DNA of 64,000 nt, taken from Haliotis rubra (Eukaryota). A program made the position numbers and the translations under genes. Location: positions 248,001 to 312,000 of the forward strand of contig NW_025767503.1 in the NCBI RefSeq assembly GCF_003918875.1, in the 5' to 3' direction. The notes beneath the pieces were generated by a model. It was given only the letters and a program-made list of their open reading frames with translations, was not told where the DNA came from and made no database searches. The first letter of the stretch is position 1. Every line of letters begins with the position of its first letter. Positions 12,305-24,689 of the stretch are shown piece by piece.

Positions 12305-12619
12305 ATTCCAGTGTCCAGCATACCAACGACGCGGCTATGCTGGACGCTGATTGTGAAGTTCAGGTGTCAAAAAGCATGCAAAAAGTGAGTAAGTCCATTG
12401 TGCACAAAGTGCAGTGACACGCGCGAGTCTGACATCAAATTTTATGCCAAGTGCTTTGCTACATGTTTATTTAGAGTTATAACTTTTATTTCTGCAATGT
12501 TATGCTAATCACGGTAGTAGGTATAAATTAAGGGTTTTATACAAAGGGTTTTGTACAAATGCAGCAATATGCCTCAATATACCTTTCCAACTCCAGCTTC
12601 CGGTCCACCAACTCTATTA

Positions 12620-12988
12620 TAAAACGAGGGTTGAGTATTGAGTAATATGTGTATATAATGCAGGCTTGTGGACAAACGAGGGGTTGAGTATGAAGTGATA
12701 TGTGTATATAATGCAGGCTTGTGGACAAACGAGGGTTGAGTATTAAGTGATATGCGTGTATAATGCGGGCTTGTGGACAACTGAGGGTTGAGGGTTATGC
12801 GTGTATAATGCAGGCTTGTGGACAAACGAGGGTTGAGTATTGAGTGATATGTGTATAGAATGCAGGCTTGTGGACAAACGCGGGTTGAGGGTTATGCGTG
12901 TATAATGCAGGCTTGTGGACAAACGAGGGTTGAGGGTTATGCGTGTATTATGCAGGCTTGTGGACAAACGAGGGTTGAGGGTTATGCG
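12620..12988. repeat. Minisatellite, variable unit of about 43-58 bp, about 7 copies
   Basis: Recurrent TATAATGCAGGCTTGTGGACAAACGAGGGTTGAG. Confidence 0.9.
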
Positions 12989-13310
12989 TCAAAGAAACTG
13001 GGCCACTCTAACCATCGCACTAATGCATAAGGGTTTCCTTTCACACGTTTCTTCTTATGAATCTTTTCCACTTGCCACTCAACATCCTCCTCTTTGTTAA
13101 CTCTCTGTAGTTCATTGGTGTAAAAGCTGCCTTCATCGTGGAAATCTTTGATTCTGTACAGTGGTGTTTCTTGTCTCTTGAAACGCTTGGCTATTTTGAA
13201 CAGTTTTTGGGTCCAACGTATATCTAGTTCTTTGCTGAAGGGTCTTCTGAGATATGGGATGCGTACAATATCGTCTACTGTATATAGATATTTCTTTATG
13301 ATAAGGTGCT
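12985..13310 (-). mobile_element. Polinton/Maverick-type integrase C-terminal fragment with chromodomain (relic)
   Basis: Translation FSKELDIRWTQKLFKI...PLYRIKDFHDEGSFYTNELQRV...WQVEKIHKKKRVKGNPYALVRWLEWPSFFD fits the Maverick integrase C-terminal pattern (WTxExFxI, YxLxD, GxFYxxELQ) followed by a chromodomain (VEKI...LVKWxGYP). No DDE core is visible upstream. Confidence 0.75.
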
Positions 13311-14758
13311 TGGCTTTTTGGGATTTCTCAATGGCTTTGCACACAAATGCTCCCACACTTTGTGTTCACTGTTTTTGTGGACTTCAGCAGGTGAGTTGAG
13401 CCATCATTCAGCAATTTCAACCAGTGGTCTATCACGTGATTATCATTAATGATACACATTGCATAACTGAAGTATCTGTCAGCTTGAACCTGTTCTGACA
13501 TATTATCACAACAGGTATGCACCTGTCCACCCTCGGAGTTAAACAAACATACATACCAGAGTTCATACGATAATCGCTTAATGGTTTTAGTGACTTGTAA
13601 GCTGAAACATAAAGTCATCCAATCAAATCGATAGAGAGGTCATGGGTTATCAAATCAACTCGTTCGAATCTCAGATCAAGTCGTTACCACACAGGTCAAC
13701 GCGACGCGACACTCGTGTGACGTGCGAGGTTACTATGCAACTACCCTTACGTTGCCCAGGTGGATAACACATGGCAGTATAAGAAGGCAGGTGTGGTTGT
13801 CGGGGAACAACGTGTTGTCACTGTGACGTCTCTAACACAAAGCAGGGGTTATCAATAAACATCGATTTCATTACATGGCTTTATGTATATCTAATAAATC
13901 AGCCAATGGTTTGTTTTTGTTTGCAACCTGATGTTCTAAGATTTCCTGTTGAAGTTACCACGTCTCAGTTGAGTAGGACAACGGGGCTGTCATGCCCCCC
14001 AGTGTTTCCGCTGTTGGCTGTACTGCTTCTATACCGTGTGAGTATAACGTCCCGGTACATCATGATGGACTTTATAAAATTTAATCCTACCTTACATTAT
14101 TTTAGTTGGTGAAATTTTCCTTGGAGCTGTTCTAATTACTCGTAGCTTGTCGACAATTGATTTATTCTGTAACCAAACAGGCTTTCATGAAAAATCGATG
14201 TTTGCCTTCCAAGCTGGCTATTTACATAGACATAGCCTTGTTAAGTTATAGATAATGGCTTTGTGATTCTGGGATAAAGTCACTCTGGAGTCACGTTGAC
14301 ATGATCCTCCTACACAGGGCAGTATCGGAGTTTGACAGCATTTTCTACAACTTAACCGAAAAAGCTGAACTTTCACATGCTTGTTTACACCACTGTTGAC
14401 AACTCAATATGTGTACGAGATCCGATTTCGATTTTCAATATGGTCGCCACAAATGATCAACCAGTGCGCTCAAAATGTAATGTCATTTGGTGTGTACGTA
14501 GACAATAGTTGGGTTCGTTCTGCCTTGTAGCGATATTTTGACCTTGATTTAACCTATGCACTTCACTCAAAATTGTTTCAGGCTATGTAAAAGCCATTTA
14601 ACAAAACATATTCCTCTCAATGAATGACACCTGAATTTGTTCACGAGGTTTGAACCGAGGTTTCAATATGGCCGCCATTTTGAAAAATCTGTTTCTGTCC
14701 AATAATCTCCCATGTCATAGCACAAGTGGGACGCAAGTCTTATGTAGCAATGTTACCT

Positions 14759-16143
14759 ACACTCTTCAAAAATAAAAATGAAACGCATAGGTGTTTTTGA
14801 GAACAGTGAACTCGTGTAGCTGCGCCAAAACAATACAAATATAATATTTCTTTCCAAAACATCATCTTTGTGTGATTGTAAAGAGCTTCAGCGCCAAAAC
14901 GCGGCAACTTTAACTTTTTCCCTTGATTGACAGTATTTGAAGAAATATTCGCCAAAACGTCACCAAGAAAACATGCAAAGCAAAATGCACGTTCCTATAA
15001 AAAGGCAAAGGTTGGGTTTGATTTTGTCATTCGTTTTTTTGCCTGGAAATGAGGAAATCATCATTGTGCCGCCAATCGGAACACCGCCACAGGCAGCACT
15101 GAAGCTGGGGAGTCGCAGTCTGCAGTTGCCTGACATTTCAACGTTCATCAGAGCACCATATCTCGCCTTTGGGATGGTTTCCTGCAGACTAATTCCGCCC
15201 AAGATCGCCAGAGAAGCGGCAGTCCAAGTGTTACCACACAAGTCAAGGACCGCTACATCCGGGTTGCTCACTTGAGTCATCGTCTTGCCACAGCGCACAA
15301 CGCATGCCTGGTTTGAGAAATATTTCCGACAAAACTGTCAGGAATCAATTGCGTGAAGTGGGGATTCGACCAAGAAGACCAGTTGTCGCCCATGTTTTGA
15401 GAGAATTCCATCGGTGCAGTCGTTTGCGGTGGTGTCGTTGAGTCCGGAACTGGAACTTTAGAAACTAGAGGCGAATCTGGTTCAGTGATGAATCACGATT
15501 TCTTCTTCACCGGCGAGATGGAAGCCAGCATGTTTTTCCGAGAAATGAAAGTTTTGCCCATAAGTTCATTCTACAGATTCGGTGGAGGCGGTGTTATGGT
15601 GTAGGGTGAGATATCCAGCACACAGAGATCTGATTTAGTGGTGGTTCAGGGGAATTTGACACCAAATCGGTACATCAACGAAGTCCCTGCACGTCACATG
15701 CTTCCGATTATGGACCGACAGAGGGAGTTGTTCCAGCATGACAACGCAACTTCACATACAGAACGCGTCAATGTCTTGCCATCATATCTTCCCGATCACC
15801 AGATGTAAACCCGATAGAACACCAACGTCAAAACACGCCGCAGACACTTCCACAACTGGCCATCGCATTGCAGGAATAGTGGCGAAGAATTCCGCAAGAG
15901 CGACTTCTCCGACGTATCCAGTCTGTGCCGAGACGGTGCCGAGCAGTAATTGCTGCCAGTGGTGGCCTGACTTTGACGCCATCTTATGGACTCAAGTGAA
16001 CAGAAACACAACAATAAAGGCTGTTGTGTTGGCGAACTCTTTGTCTATAGACGTGTGAATTTTCACCTTTGAAATTACATGAAATAACTGCTCTTAAACT
16101 AAGGCAATAAAATGGGCTTGTGCGTTTCTTTTTTTTAAGAATA
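14759..16143 (+). mobile_element. Decayed Tc1-family transposon (transposase pseudogene)
   Basis: Broken reading frames give EAGESQSAVA*HFNVHQSTISRLWD, RIWFSDESRF (about 15472), FQHDNA (about 15731) and RSPDVNPIEH (about 15793). Imperfect ends ...GAAACGCA / TGCGTTTC... next to TA. Confidence 0.85.
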
Positions 16144-16352
16144 TAATTCTTGCAGATAGTTTTGTTCTGATCCTAAAGCTCCCTTCCACATTCGTCAGAG
16201 ATTTATTTACGAGAAATATAGCTAATCCACATTAGGGTTCAACCTCGTCCATTTTGCCTTGTCATGACTCACCCCTATGATACTTTCTACAGTTCCATAC
16301 AAGATATACATGTACCTTTACATGATGTGGGAATGATGTGGTTCTGTTTCAG

Positions 16353-17534
16353 AGCCATCTGATGTGTAATCAATGCAACAAGGTGAAACGGACATTCGGA
16401 AGACTTGGAAGTGTTGATGCGAATGTGTTCGTTGTTCACGCCAATAGAGATGTAATTAAGAAGGGGAAGCACCAGGATAAGAAGACACTCCTGGATGAGA
16501 TTACAACCCCAGCCTCAGCTCTCAGAAACACAAGTGGTGGATTGCTGGTAGTACATTTAAAAGGTCAGTTTCCCGAAGACAGAAGCTTGGAATATTTTGA
16601 TGAGTTCATCAGCGGTTCTTTGAATAATCTTATTTCCAACGGAACCCTCTATGTGCATGTGTATAAACGTGCTTGGCTAAATCTGAAGACTGGATTTCAA
16701 GAATTTTCAGATTTTGTAGCAATAAGAATTGAGCAGGACAATTCAAACGTAGCCACAGTTACCTTTAATACCAAAATACGATCTGACTTTGAAACGAGGG
16801 ACCCTTCGATCTTGAATCTTGTTTCCCTTTTAACTAATAAGCCAAGAAATTCGCAGAGTGTACCACAGATTAGAGGATTACCAGTACACACTTCCAAACA
16901 ATTTGAATGTCGAAATTGTGAGTTCAAAGCCTTTCAGCCAATGCCAGAGAAGGTGAATGAAATTAACGAAGGCAAGCTTGACATTGTGGAGTATCTGTGG
17001 TCAGATCTAAAGCTGAGGGACAACATAACTTCCTTTACCAAGGTACCTGATGGAGGATCCTTGTATGTAGGGATTTCTGAAAAACTGGACACAACCACAA
17101 AGTCAAAGTATCCTGTTATTACCGGATTTCAGCTTGAAAACACTTATGAACCTGAGGCTTGGGGGGTGATCAGTGTTAGTGACCATCAGTTCAAACTGAG
17201 GATAAACAGAAGTCAGCTTGAAAGGAAAATATTTGACAAATTAAGTGAGTTAACTCTCCTGAACCTAAATGGTGAATTCATAAATCCTCCAAATGATATG
17301 ATAAAAGTCACCTTTCACAAGGTTGAAGGACGTTCAGCAGACCTGCATGTTCTTGAAGTATCTGTCTGCTACTTAGATGGGGTACTGTTTTTCGATAATG
17401 GTCCAAGGTCCCATGTTGTGGACACCAGACAGAGACCCAACAAATGCAAGCGGATGACCAATGACGAATGGTTGGACAGATTGTTTCGGCGCTGTGTAGG
17501 TTGTGGACAACAGTGGGGTTATTTCAACAAGTAG
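16353..17534 (+). CDS. Schlafen-like protein, Schlafen core (AlbA_2-related RNase) domain; about 390-aa uninterrupted frame (acceptor before 16353, first ATG 16362)
   Basis: Schlafen core motifs in order: ASALRNTSGGLLVVH (cf. CALLNSGGGVI), FECRNCEFKAF (E-x4-EFK), ITSFTKVPDGGSLYVGISE (cf. SAFANTxGGYLFIGV), GPRSHVVD...KRMTNDEWLDRL (cf. PxSWxV...LTxxEWxxxM). Confidence 0.75.
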   Translation, partial: SHLMCNQCNKVKRTFGRLGSVDANVFVVHANRDVIKKGKHQDKKTLLDEITTPASALRNTSGGLLVVHLKGQFPEDRSLEYFDEFISGSLNNLISNGTLYVHVYKRAWLNLKTGFQEFSDFVAIRIEQDNSNVATVTFNTKIRSDFETRDPSILNLVSLLTNKPRNSQSVPQIRGLPVHTSKQFECRNCEFKAFQPMPEKVNEINEGKLDIVEYLWSDLKLRDNITSFTKVPDGGSLYVGISEKLDTTTKSKYPVITGFQLENTYEPEAWGVISVSDHQFKLRINRSQLERKIFDKLSELTLLNLNGEFINPPNDMIKVTFHKVEGRSADLHVLEVSVCYLDGVLFFDNGPRSHVVDTRQRPNKCKRMTNDEWLDRLFRRCVGCGQQWGYFNK

Positions 17535-17888
17535 CAGACGACACAAACAGTATCTGTACATCAGCTACATTTAAAGACATTAAGATTCAAAAGTTGGTCT
17601 TCATTAAGGAAAGACTACTATAGTGTTGTGGTAGTTGCTGTTCACACGTAACGGCCTGTAGTGGAACGTTGTACAGTGGAAATGAAACAGTATTTATCGA
17701 TACGCATCTCAATTTTTAAATATCACGAGGGTCCAGTGACAAGGCTGCCACAATCACAATATTTTTCAACAGTGTGTTTCATGTGTACACTTTCTTAAAC
17801 TTCACGAGGATCCAGTGACTGTGGCTTTATTTCTGAGATCCCACAAAAGAGTCCATCATAGTGAAGCCAGGTACGTGTACTGTCGGCC

Positions 17889-20038
17889 ATGTCGTCGTCT
17901 GAAGATGAGGAGTCGAGTGCTTGCATCCCAGAGGAGGATATCGTCTGCTCACTGACAAGGAGCGATGACTCGGATACAGATACGGAATCTGAAACGATGG
18001 ACCACCTTGCAGGTACATACACATGAGTGCCAACATGCATAAGGCGTTGTTATTTACAGGACATATTGTGAGTTAGGCTGTAGACTNNNNNNNNNNNNNN
18101 NNNNNNNNNNNNNNNNNNNNNNNNNNNNNNNNNNNNNNNNNNNNNNNNNNNNNNNNNNNNNNNNNNNNNNNNNNNNNNNNNNNNNNNNNNNNNNNNNNNN
18201 NNNNNNNNNNNNNNNNNNNNNNNNNNNNNNNNNNNNNNNNNNNNNNNNNNNNNNNNNNNNNATGGATACTGTTATTCCAGGTGATACCTGCCATGTTGCA
18301 ACGGAATAGGTTGTGTATTGGGGAGAGGAGACTGGTATATGTTTTCTAAGTATGCCTCATTGTGATGCTTTCAGAAATGGACATGCTGCTTCCATCGTTC
18401 GATCTTCAAGATGACGAATATCACAATATCCTTTCTGCCGGTATGATTCCATCAGCCGGTAAGTGTTTGAACTGGAAAATGGAAAGTATACGTGTAATAA
18501 GAAACTCGATATTATATGAGTTGTAAACTATTTGTGTTTATGTTTAGAATCCTTCATAGTCCCAGGAGCCATGTCCCAGTATTTACAGCACCACCAGCCG
18601 GCCATATACAGCAAGGCAATACAGGTACATGGAGGTCAAGGATCCATAGTGTACATCCCTGCCGCCATCATTAACCGCCATCAGTTCCAGATTTCTCACC
18701 CCAGGCCTAACAGTGTCTTGTGTGATGCGTTTGTGTTTCATCCTTCCTGGCCAATCATGCTGCTCACCTTCTCAACACAAACCAAGTCCCGAGTGTCCCG
18801 ATACAACGCTAGTGTGGCCAGAGCTGGCATTCTGCTGCTGAGCTCACACCTTCAAGACACCTTCACTTTTGTCCATGGAGTGATTGACACCGCTACATGG
18901 CAATCTGATACTCTGTTTGCTGAAAAGATTAGGGAATTCGAAACCTCTGCAGAGAACTTTTCTGTTCCTATTTCCCTACAAATGACTGAAGTCAAATGCA
19001 GAAGTGCAATCAAGGTTTTGCTTAGAACAGACTCAGGCCAAGTGAACAGGACAAGAGGAGCAGAAGAAAATCTCTCATCAGTCTGGCGTCCAATGAGTCC
19101 GGACGAGAACTGCGACAAACACAATGGTAATACTTTACTCAATGTTACAACTCTAATAGTTTTTAATTCCAATATCTAACAATGTGTCGAAGGCATCATA
19201 CGTATGTCATGATCGTCATTATGTTTGCGTTTGGTGCAATGTCTAATACAGTGCGTTCAGAGGAGTTTTACAATGTGTAGATAGAGTCTAATGCAAATTA
19301 GAACGTTTTTCGGGTTAAATGAATTTTTTTCACCGGGGTATACATTAATAGTACAGCCCCAAAACAGCCAGTTACATACCTGCAGCTAACTAATCAGGAA
19401 ATTATGAAAAACTACAGGTATATCATACTAAAGTACGGTTTATGAACATTTTTGTGGGAGTCTTCCCTACAAAGAAACAAAACCCTTCCCAAACAGTCAT
19501 GATCCCTGCCTTTTTGTTTCATATTCGTGTCAATGAGTTCGTTATTGATAGTCATATGAACTGGTGACCTTGGCCAATCTCTGCGATTGTACGATTCTGA
19601 CACATCATGAGCATGTGTTGAATCACTATCTGTGTGTGTGTCTGACACATCATGGGCATGTGTTGAATCACTATCTGTGTGTGTGACACATCATGAGCAT
19701 GTGTTGAATCACTATCTGTGTGTGTGACACATATTTCTATCCACCACGTGACTAACAGGGGAGTTGGAAACATAAGCAGCTGATCATCCGGAAACACAGA
19801 AACATGTCACCCAAACACAACATTACGCAACTACATTACCTTTGACATATGTAATATTTCCTTTTCTTTTGAGGTTTAATATACACTGGTTTCAGCATAC
19901 AGAATTGTATGGAATGTAAAATAACTTTCATGCTTTCATTTTTCAGATGTACTAGGACTTGGATACTTAGTATTTTTCGGAAAGGCTGTCAAACGATACA
20001 TATTTGAAGAACTATTTCCATACCCGGAAGAATTGTGA
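17889..20038 (+). CDS. Predicted spliced CDS with Schlafen linker-domain-like region; exons 17889-18012, 18375-18458, 18548-19126, 19947-20038 (about 292 aa; assembly gap in first intron)
   Basis: All three introns are GT-AG, phase 1 and frame-preserving. Exon 3 has QGSIVYIP, VLCDAFVFHPSWPIMLLTF, SRYNASVAR and VPISLQMT...AIKVLL, resembling the SLFN linker (GILIFS, VICDALLI...PILYT, YxxxTA, YPxSY...LVIVLL). Acidic N-terminal exon. Confidence 0.55.
18087..18260. other. Assembly gap (174 N)
   Basis: Run of n characters. Confidence 1.
19597..19731. repeat. Three copies of a unit of about 45 bp
   Basis: Unit TGACACATCATGAGCATGTGTTGAATCACTATCTGTGTGTG. Confidence 0.9.
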
Positions 20039-21334
20039 TAGTTCTTCTTGGAACAGTATCCTGCTACCACATTTCCAGGGAGAGATTCATCTACAACTTC
20101 CCCTCTGTTCTTTAAATGGAAGTTATGTTTATTAGATTTATTGTTATGATATGTATAAGTGCTAATGATTAATGTAATGCCTTGTTGACATGATGTTAGT
20201 TATATCCCACGCTACCTGCTTCCTTCGCCTTGTGTCTTGTCTTGACGGATCCAGCTCCCAACACCACAGAAGTGTCGTAAACCCAGCGTGACACAAACAC
20301 AAATGTCAGATCACCAATCCCTGAAATATGTTACAGTCAAAGACTGGTGCTTGCTATGTTATACAAATGGAACAAATATACACAGTGACTTGCTTGATAA
20401 TTGCCTGCTATCATAAAAAGATTAAATTTCAGGATTATAAGTTATCAAAGCGACATGATATTTGTGAAGGCAGGTTTACGCTATGACTTGGTGCGTGTTC
20501 CGTCTGTGTCTCCGATGTAGCTACTTCTCCGCTCGCCTATAAACCAATAAACAGATACTCGAGATGGCTGCAGCTATATATTGAGTCATGTCCGTGTGAC
20601 ACATTCAATACAATAAGTTACGGTTCTGTTCTCTTCAAACATATTCCACAGAAAAAGTGAAAGTTCATGTTCAAGTATATATTTGATAAACTGAACAACA
20701 CTACAAGACCAGAGGAGTTGGCAACTGACTGATCGCAAAATCGAGGTTTCTGTTTTCAATGATATCTCGCCATAGCACATACCCAGAATATTATGCTAAA
20801 TAAAGTTATATCACTTCAGTGTGTTACTATTGAATTTATACAACTGAACGTCAACGACTACAATGGCCGAAACTGATATCTTTATAAAGGCACAGAAGCG
20901 GTTAATATGACCGAATGGGTCATTCAAAATCTGGCATATCACCTGGTGTTCCAGGCTTTGTTTTTAAACAAAGTTTATTGACATAAATGTTCATTGGGAT
21001 TGTAAGGTGCACAGCTTATAATTCATACATTGTATTAGGTTTCAAAATAAGACACCGATAAATAGTTATATGAAAAAGCAGACACACCTTTTGCGTAGAA
21101 TATGTGTGAAAAAATCATATAATGCATATGCTTTAAGAACAAATTCTTGTACTTACACATAAATCTATATACCAATATGCACAGAGAGAGAGAGAGAGGG
21201 GGGGGGGGGGGGCAGTCATGCACCTATGTACATATGTATGTCTGCGATGTAAGCACTTATGTCGCAATTAAGGGTCAGTGGTCACAGAGCAATATTTCAT
21301 GGTATGATATTCATATCTATTGCTGGACAATATA

Positions 21335-23367
21335 TACTCTCCCAGGAAAGAAACGCATATATGAATTTCAACTGTATTTCTATGTTTATTTTGAAACATC
21401 TTGTAGGCTTTATTAGTCAATGAAATATAGCGAAATTGCACACTGGGAATGCAGACTTATCCGTCTTTGGCACCAACTCGAGGAAAGTCAGTTTGAGTGT
21501 CACATGGAGACGTGTGGTGGCACTGAAGTCAATACCTCGTGTGACCACCGTGGGCATCCAGAACTGCACGGCATCTCGTGTTGCCCAATCGCTGCCCACT
21601 CTGCCTGTAGTGCCTGTGCGAGTTGCTGAAGTGTCTGGGGCTGAGGGTTACGGCGTCGCACCCGTCTCTCCAGGGCATCCCACCGATGTTCGATCGGGTC
21701 TAAGTCCGGTGATCTTGAGGGCCAGGGGAGCACATTGATGTTGTGGTTCTGGAGGAAGTCTCTAGTGTGACGTGCTGTGTGGGGCCTGGCATTGTCTTGT
21801 TGAAACAACTCCCTCTGGCGATCAATGATTGGAAGGAGGTGTGGGCGTAGGATTTCGTCACAGTACCGTTGAGCTGTCAGGTTGCCCTGGATCATCACCA
21901 AATCACTTCTCCTACGGCAGGTGATCTCTCCCCACATCATAACACTTCCCCGGCCGAATCTGTCCACCTGGGGAACGCAAGCGTCGGCGAAACGTTCACG
22001 TCGACGTCTGTACACCCACATTCTTCCATCGCGTCGTTCCAATAGAAATCGTCATTCATCACTGAACCAGATTCTACGCCAATTCGGTAGGTTCCAGGCC
22101 TGAACGTTGGTGCACCATTGAACTCGATGTCGACGATGTTGTTGTCGAAGCATAGGGCCAAAATAAGGTCTTCTGGCACGTAAACCAGCCTCTCTCAACC
22201 TGTTCCTGACGGTCTGTGCAGAAATCCTCCTCAATCCGGGTATTTATCGAGCGGACTGGTCGCCGTAGCTGTTCGATGACGCAGGTGATGTACCCGGATG
22301 AAGCGATCCTGCGCCGCAGTGGTCGCTCGATGTCGCCCACTACGAGGGGCATCTGCTACCGCATTCTGCCGGAGATATCTCTCCCAGAGCCGTGAAATGG
22401 TGCTTTGGTGAACATTCATGCGTCGGGCAACTGCACGTTGAGACTGGCCAGCTTCAAGCAAACCAATGGCGCGGGGGCGCGGTGGGCGAACTGGCTAAAG
22501 CGCCAGGCTAGTGATCCAGCGAGCTTGAGGTGACGGGATCGAGCCCACCTGTGACCGGGTGTAAAAACCTTGGGAGTCAACTTTGTGTGCAGACTCTTTC
22601 AGTGTTGTCACAACCCCTAGTGTACAGTACACAACCCTGTGCACTTAAAAGAACCCACGAATCCGTAGGTATATGACCAGATGGTGGCCACATGAATACG
22701 TGCAAACACCCAGTTGCGGGTACAGCAACGTGCAGTGAACTTGGACAAAGTACTGTGACTATGTGTCCCAGTGCACCCAGCTGTGAATGGGTACCTCGTA
22801 AGGATGGGAATGCCACAATAACTCGGTGCGCCTAGTGGCTGCAAGAGTTTGTATGCTCCCCAGGGAGTTGAGATTGACAATACGATGTGCCGTTGAGATT
22901 GACATCCAGTGAACGAGGGAAAAAACAAAGCGCCTTTGAGCAGCTGAGCGGAGCTGGATATCGGCGCTATACAAATGTATATATGATGATATGATGATGA
23001 TGAATGGCGATATGACGGTTGGCTTCACTTAGACGTGGCATTTTGCGTTCGTCAACAATATTCCAAATACAGTGAATAATCGACAGACAGCGATCAACCT
23101 TTTATACCTATCATTGAGACTATCTGATCCCCAACTTTCACGTGTATTGCATGTGAATTGTGTATTCTGTGACACTACACGCCGAAATTGAAAATCATGC
23201 TGTAAAATACGGGTATTTTACGGATGGTGCGTTTTGTTGTGATGTTTCAAAACATAAACACCATAGGACTCATAAACAGAGCAAACCTTTTGTAAAATGA
23301 ATCACGTTTTAATTCATTGCTACATTAAATTGCTATTTTCATGATGCTTTTCTTTTTTTGGAGGGTA
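21335..23367 (-). mobile_element. Tc1-family (DD34E) transposon, defective, interrupted by a SINE
   Basis: Transposase from ATG 23041 (MPRLSEANRHIAIGLLEAGQSQRAVARRMNVHQSTISRLW after removing the SINE), then WFSDE, FQQDNARPH and WPSRSPDLDPIEHRW with 34 residues between D and E. In-frame stop after SDE and frameshifts. Imperfect TIRs TACTCTCCCAGGAAAGAAACGCAT / ATGCTTTTCTTTTTTTGGAGGGTA flanked by TA. Confidence 0.92.
22472..23002 (+). mobile_element. SINE family C (about 530 bp) nested in the Tc1 transposase
   Basis: tRNA-like head GGGGCGCGGTGGGCGAACTGGCTAAAGCG...GGGATCGAGCCC, central CAGCTGTGAATGGGTACC, 3' GCGCTATACAAAT plus (ATG)n tail. 7-bp TSD AATGGCG (22465-22471, 23003-23009). Confidence 0.9.
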
Positions 23368-24143
23368 TATATTATATATTTGGAAGCTATCGACAATGAG
23401 AATATTGTCAGCGAGAGACAGTTCACAACAGTATTGTACATGCACTTCCAGCTAGTATAATATTAGAGAAAATATTTCTTCAGATTATATATTTGGGAAT
23501 TTAAGAAGTGTATACTGTTTCTACATGGATTTCAAGAGCAGAACACAGAATCAGATGAGTTTACTTTGAAAATATCTGTATTCAGGAAACTACAAGAGTG
23601 TCTTAGACGAGTGTGTAAGATGATCATCATTATCATCACGTATAACATGTTTTGGTAAGATCCAGTTACATTATATAACAATTAAATTCAACACCGTAAA
23701 GTAGTTAGAAGATGCACTATGCGACCAGCGTTTGGTCCCTAAATGTGGCGTGTAGTGTTATCGCTGATATGCTTGGAATGATGCCTTGAGTATCTCTAGG
23801 ACTCCGCCAGTTGCGTCAGTTTGTTTGACCACCACCACAGTTGAGAGGGGCAATGGTCAAGGGGGCTCTCCACAGCAAGCATTCAAACATCGTTAGTGCC
23901 ATCTATGCTCACAGACAACTTAATGCTCTGATATCTCGGTCTGAGAGCTCGACTCGATGTTTCAAGTGTGCAACAGACGTACAGACATGTCCCCATGTTG
24001 GGTATAAGACTACAGGGGGAACCTCGGTGTCCCAAAGCCGACACCCTGTGTTACTGTTGTCTCCTCGATGGCGTCCACAAGGATCCCCCACCATGTAAGT
24101 AGCATTCGTTCGTTCCTTGTCATTAGGCAGAATAAGGTACCAG

Positions 24144-24425
24144 GCCCCGATTTCTCGAAACAAACTTAAGTTTTTACTCAAATTTCAAACTGAGTTTGAC
24201 AATTTGAAACAGCTGAATTTTTAACTCAACTGCATTTTTTAACTAAAAAAAGCCCAAACAACTTAAGTAATCTATCCACCAAACTCAAATTGTCTGCTAA
24301 GTTTGAGTTCAATATTGATTTCAGTTTATTCTGGGAAATGCATTTTCCTGCGTTTTCTCAAATTTGAGTAAAAACTCAGACTTAAGTCAAAACTCAGACT
24401 TAAGTTTGTTTCGAGAACTCGGGGC
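24144..24425. mobile_element. PIF/Harbinger-like MITE, 282 bp
   Basis: 28-bp TIR GCCCCGATTTCTCGAAACAAACTTAAGT with 1 mismatch. 3-bp TSD CAG. Confidence 0.85.
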
Positions 24426-24689
24426 CAGATGTATCATATCTAGTGATATTTTACCTCCTTTGTTCTAACCGCCTTGTTCCACGCCGCACAACTTAACATG
24501 AACAAGGGTAGTCAGTCGTGGAGCGGACGGGCACTAGGTATTCCACTGGTGCATGTCCCCGCTTGCACTACACAAAGGTCAGTGTCTTTTTTTAACAAAG
24601 CACCCCGTCCCATTTAGACTTTTGCAATTATTTTTTAAATGGCTACATTAATCATATTGAATAATGTGAGGACAATGAATCCGGACATA

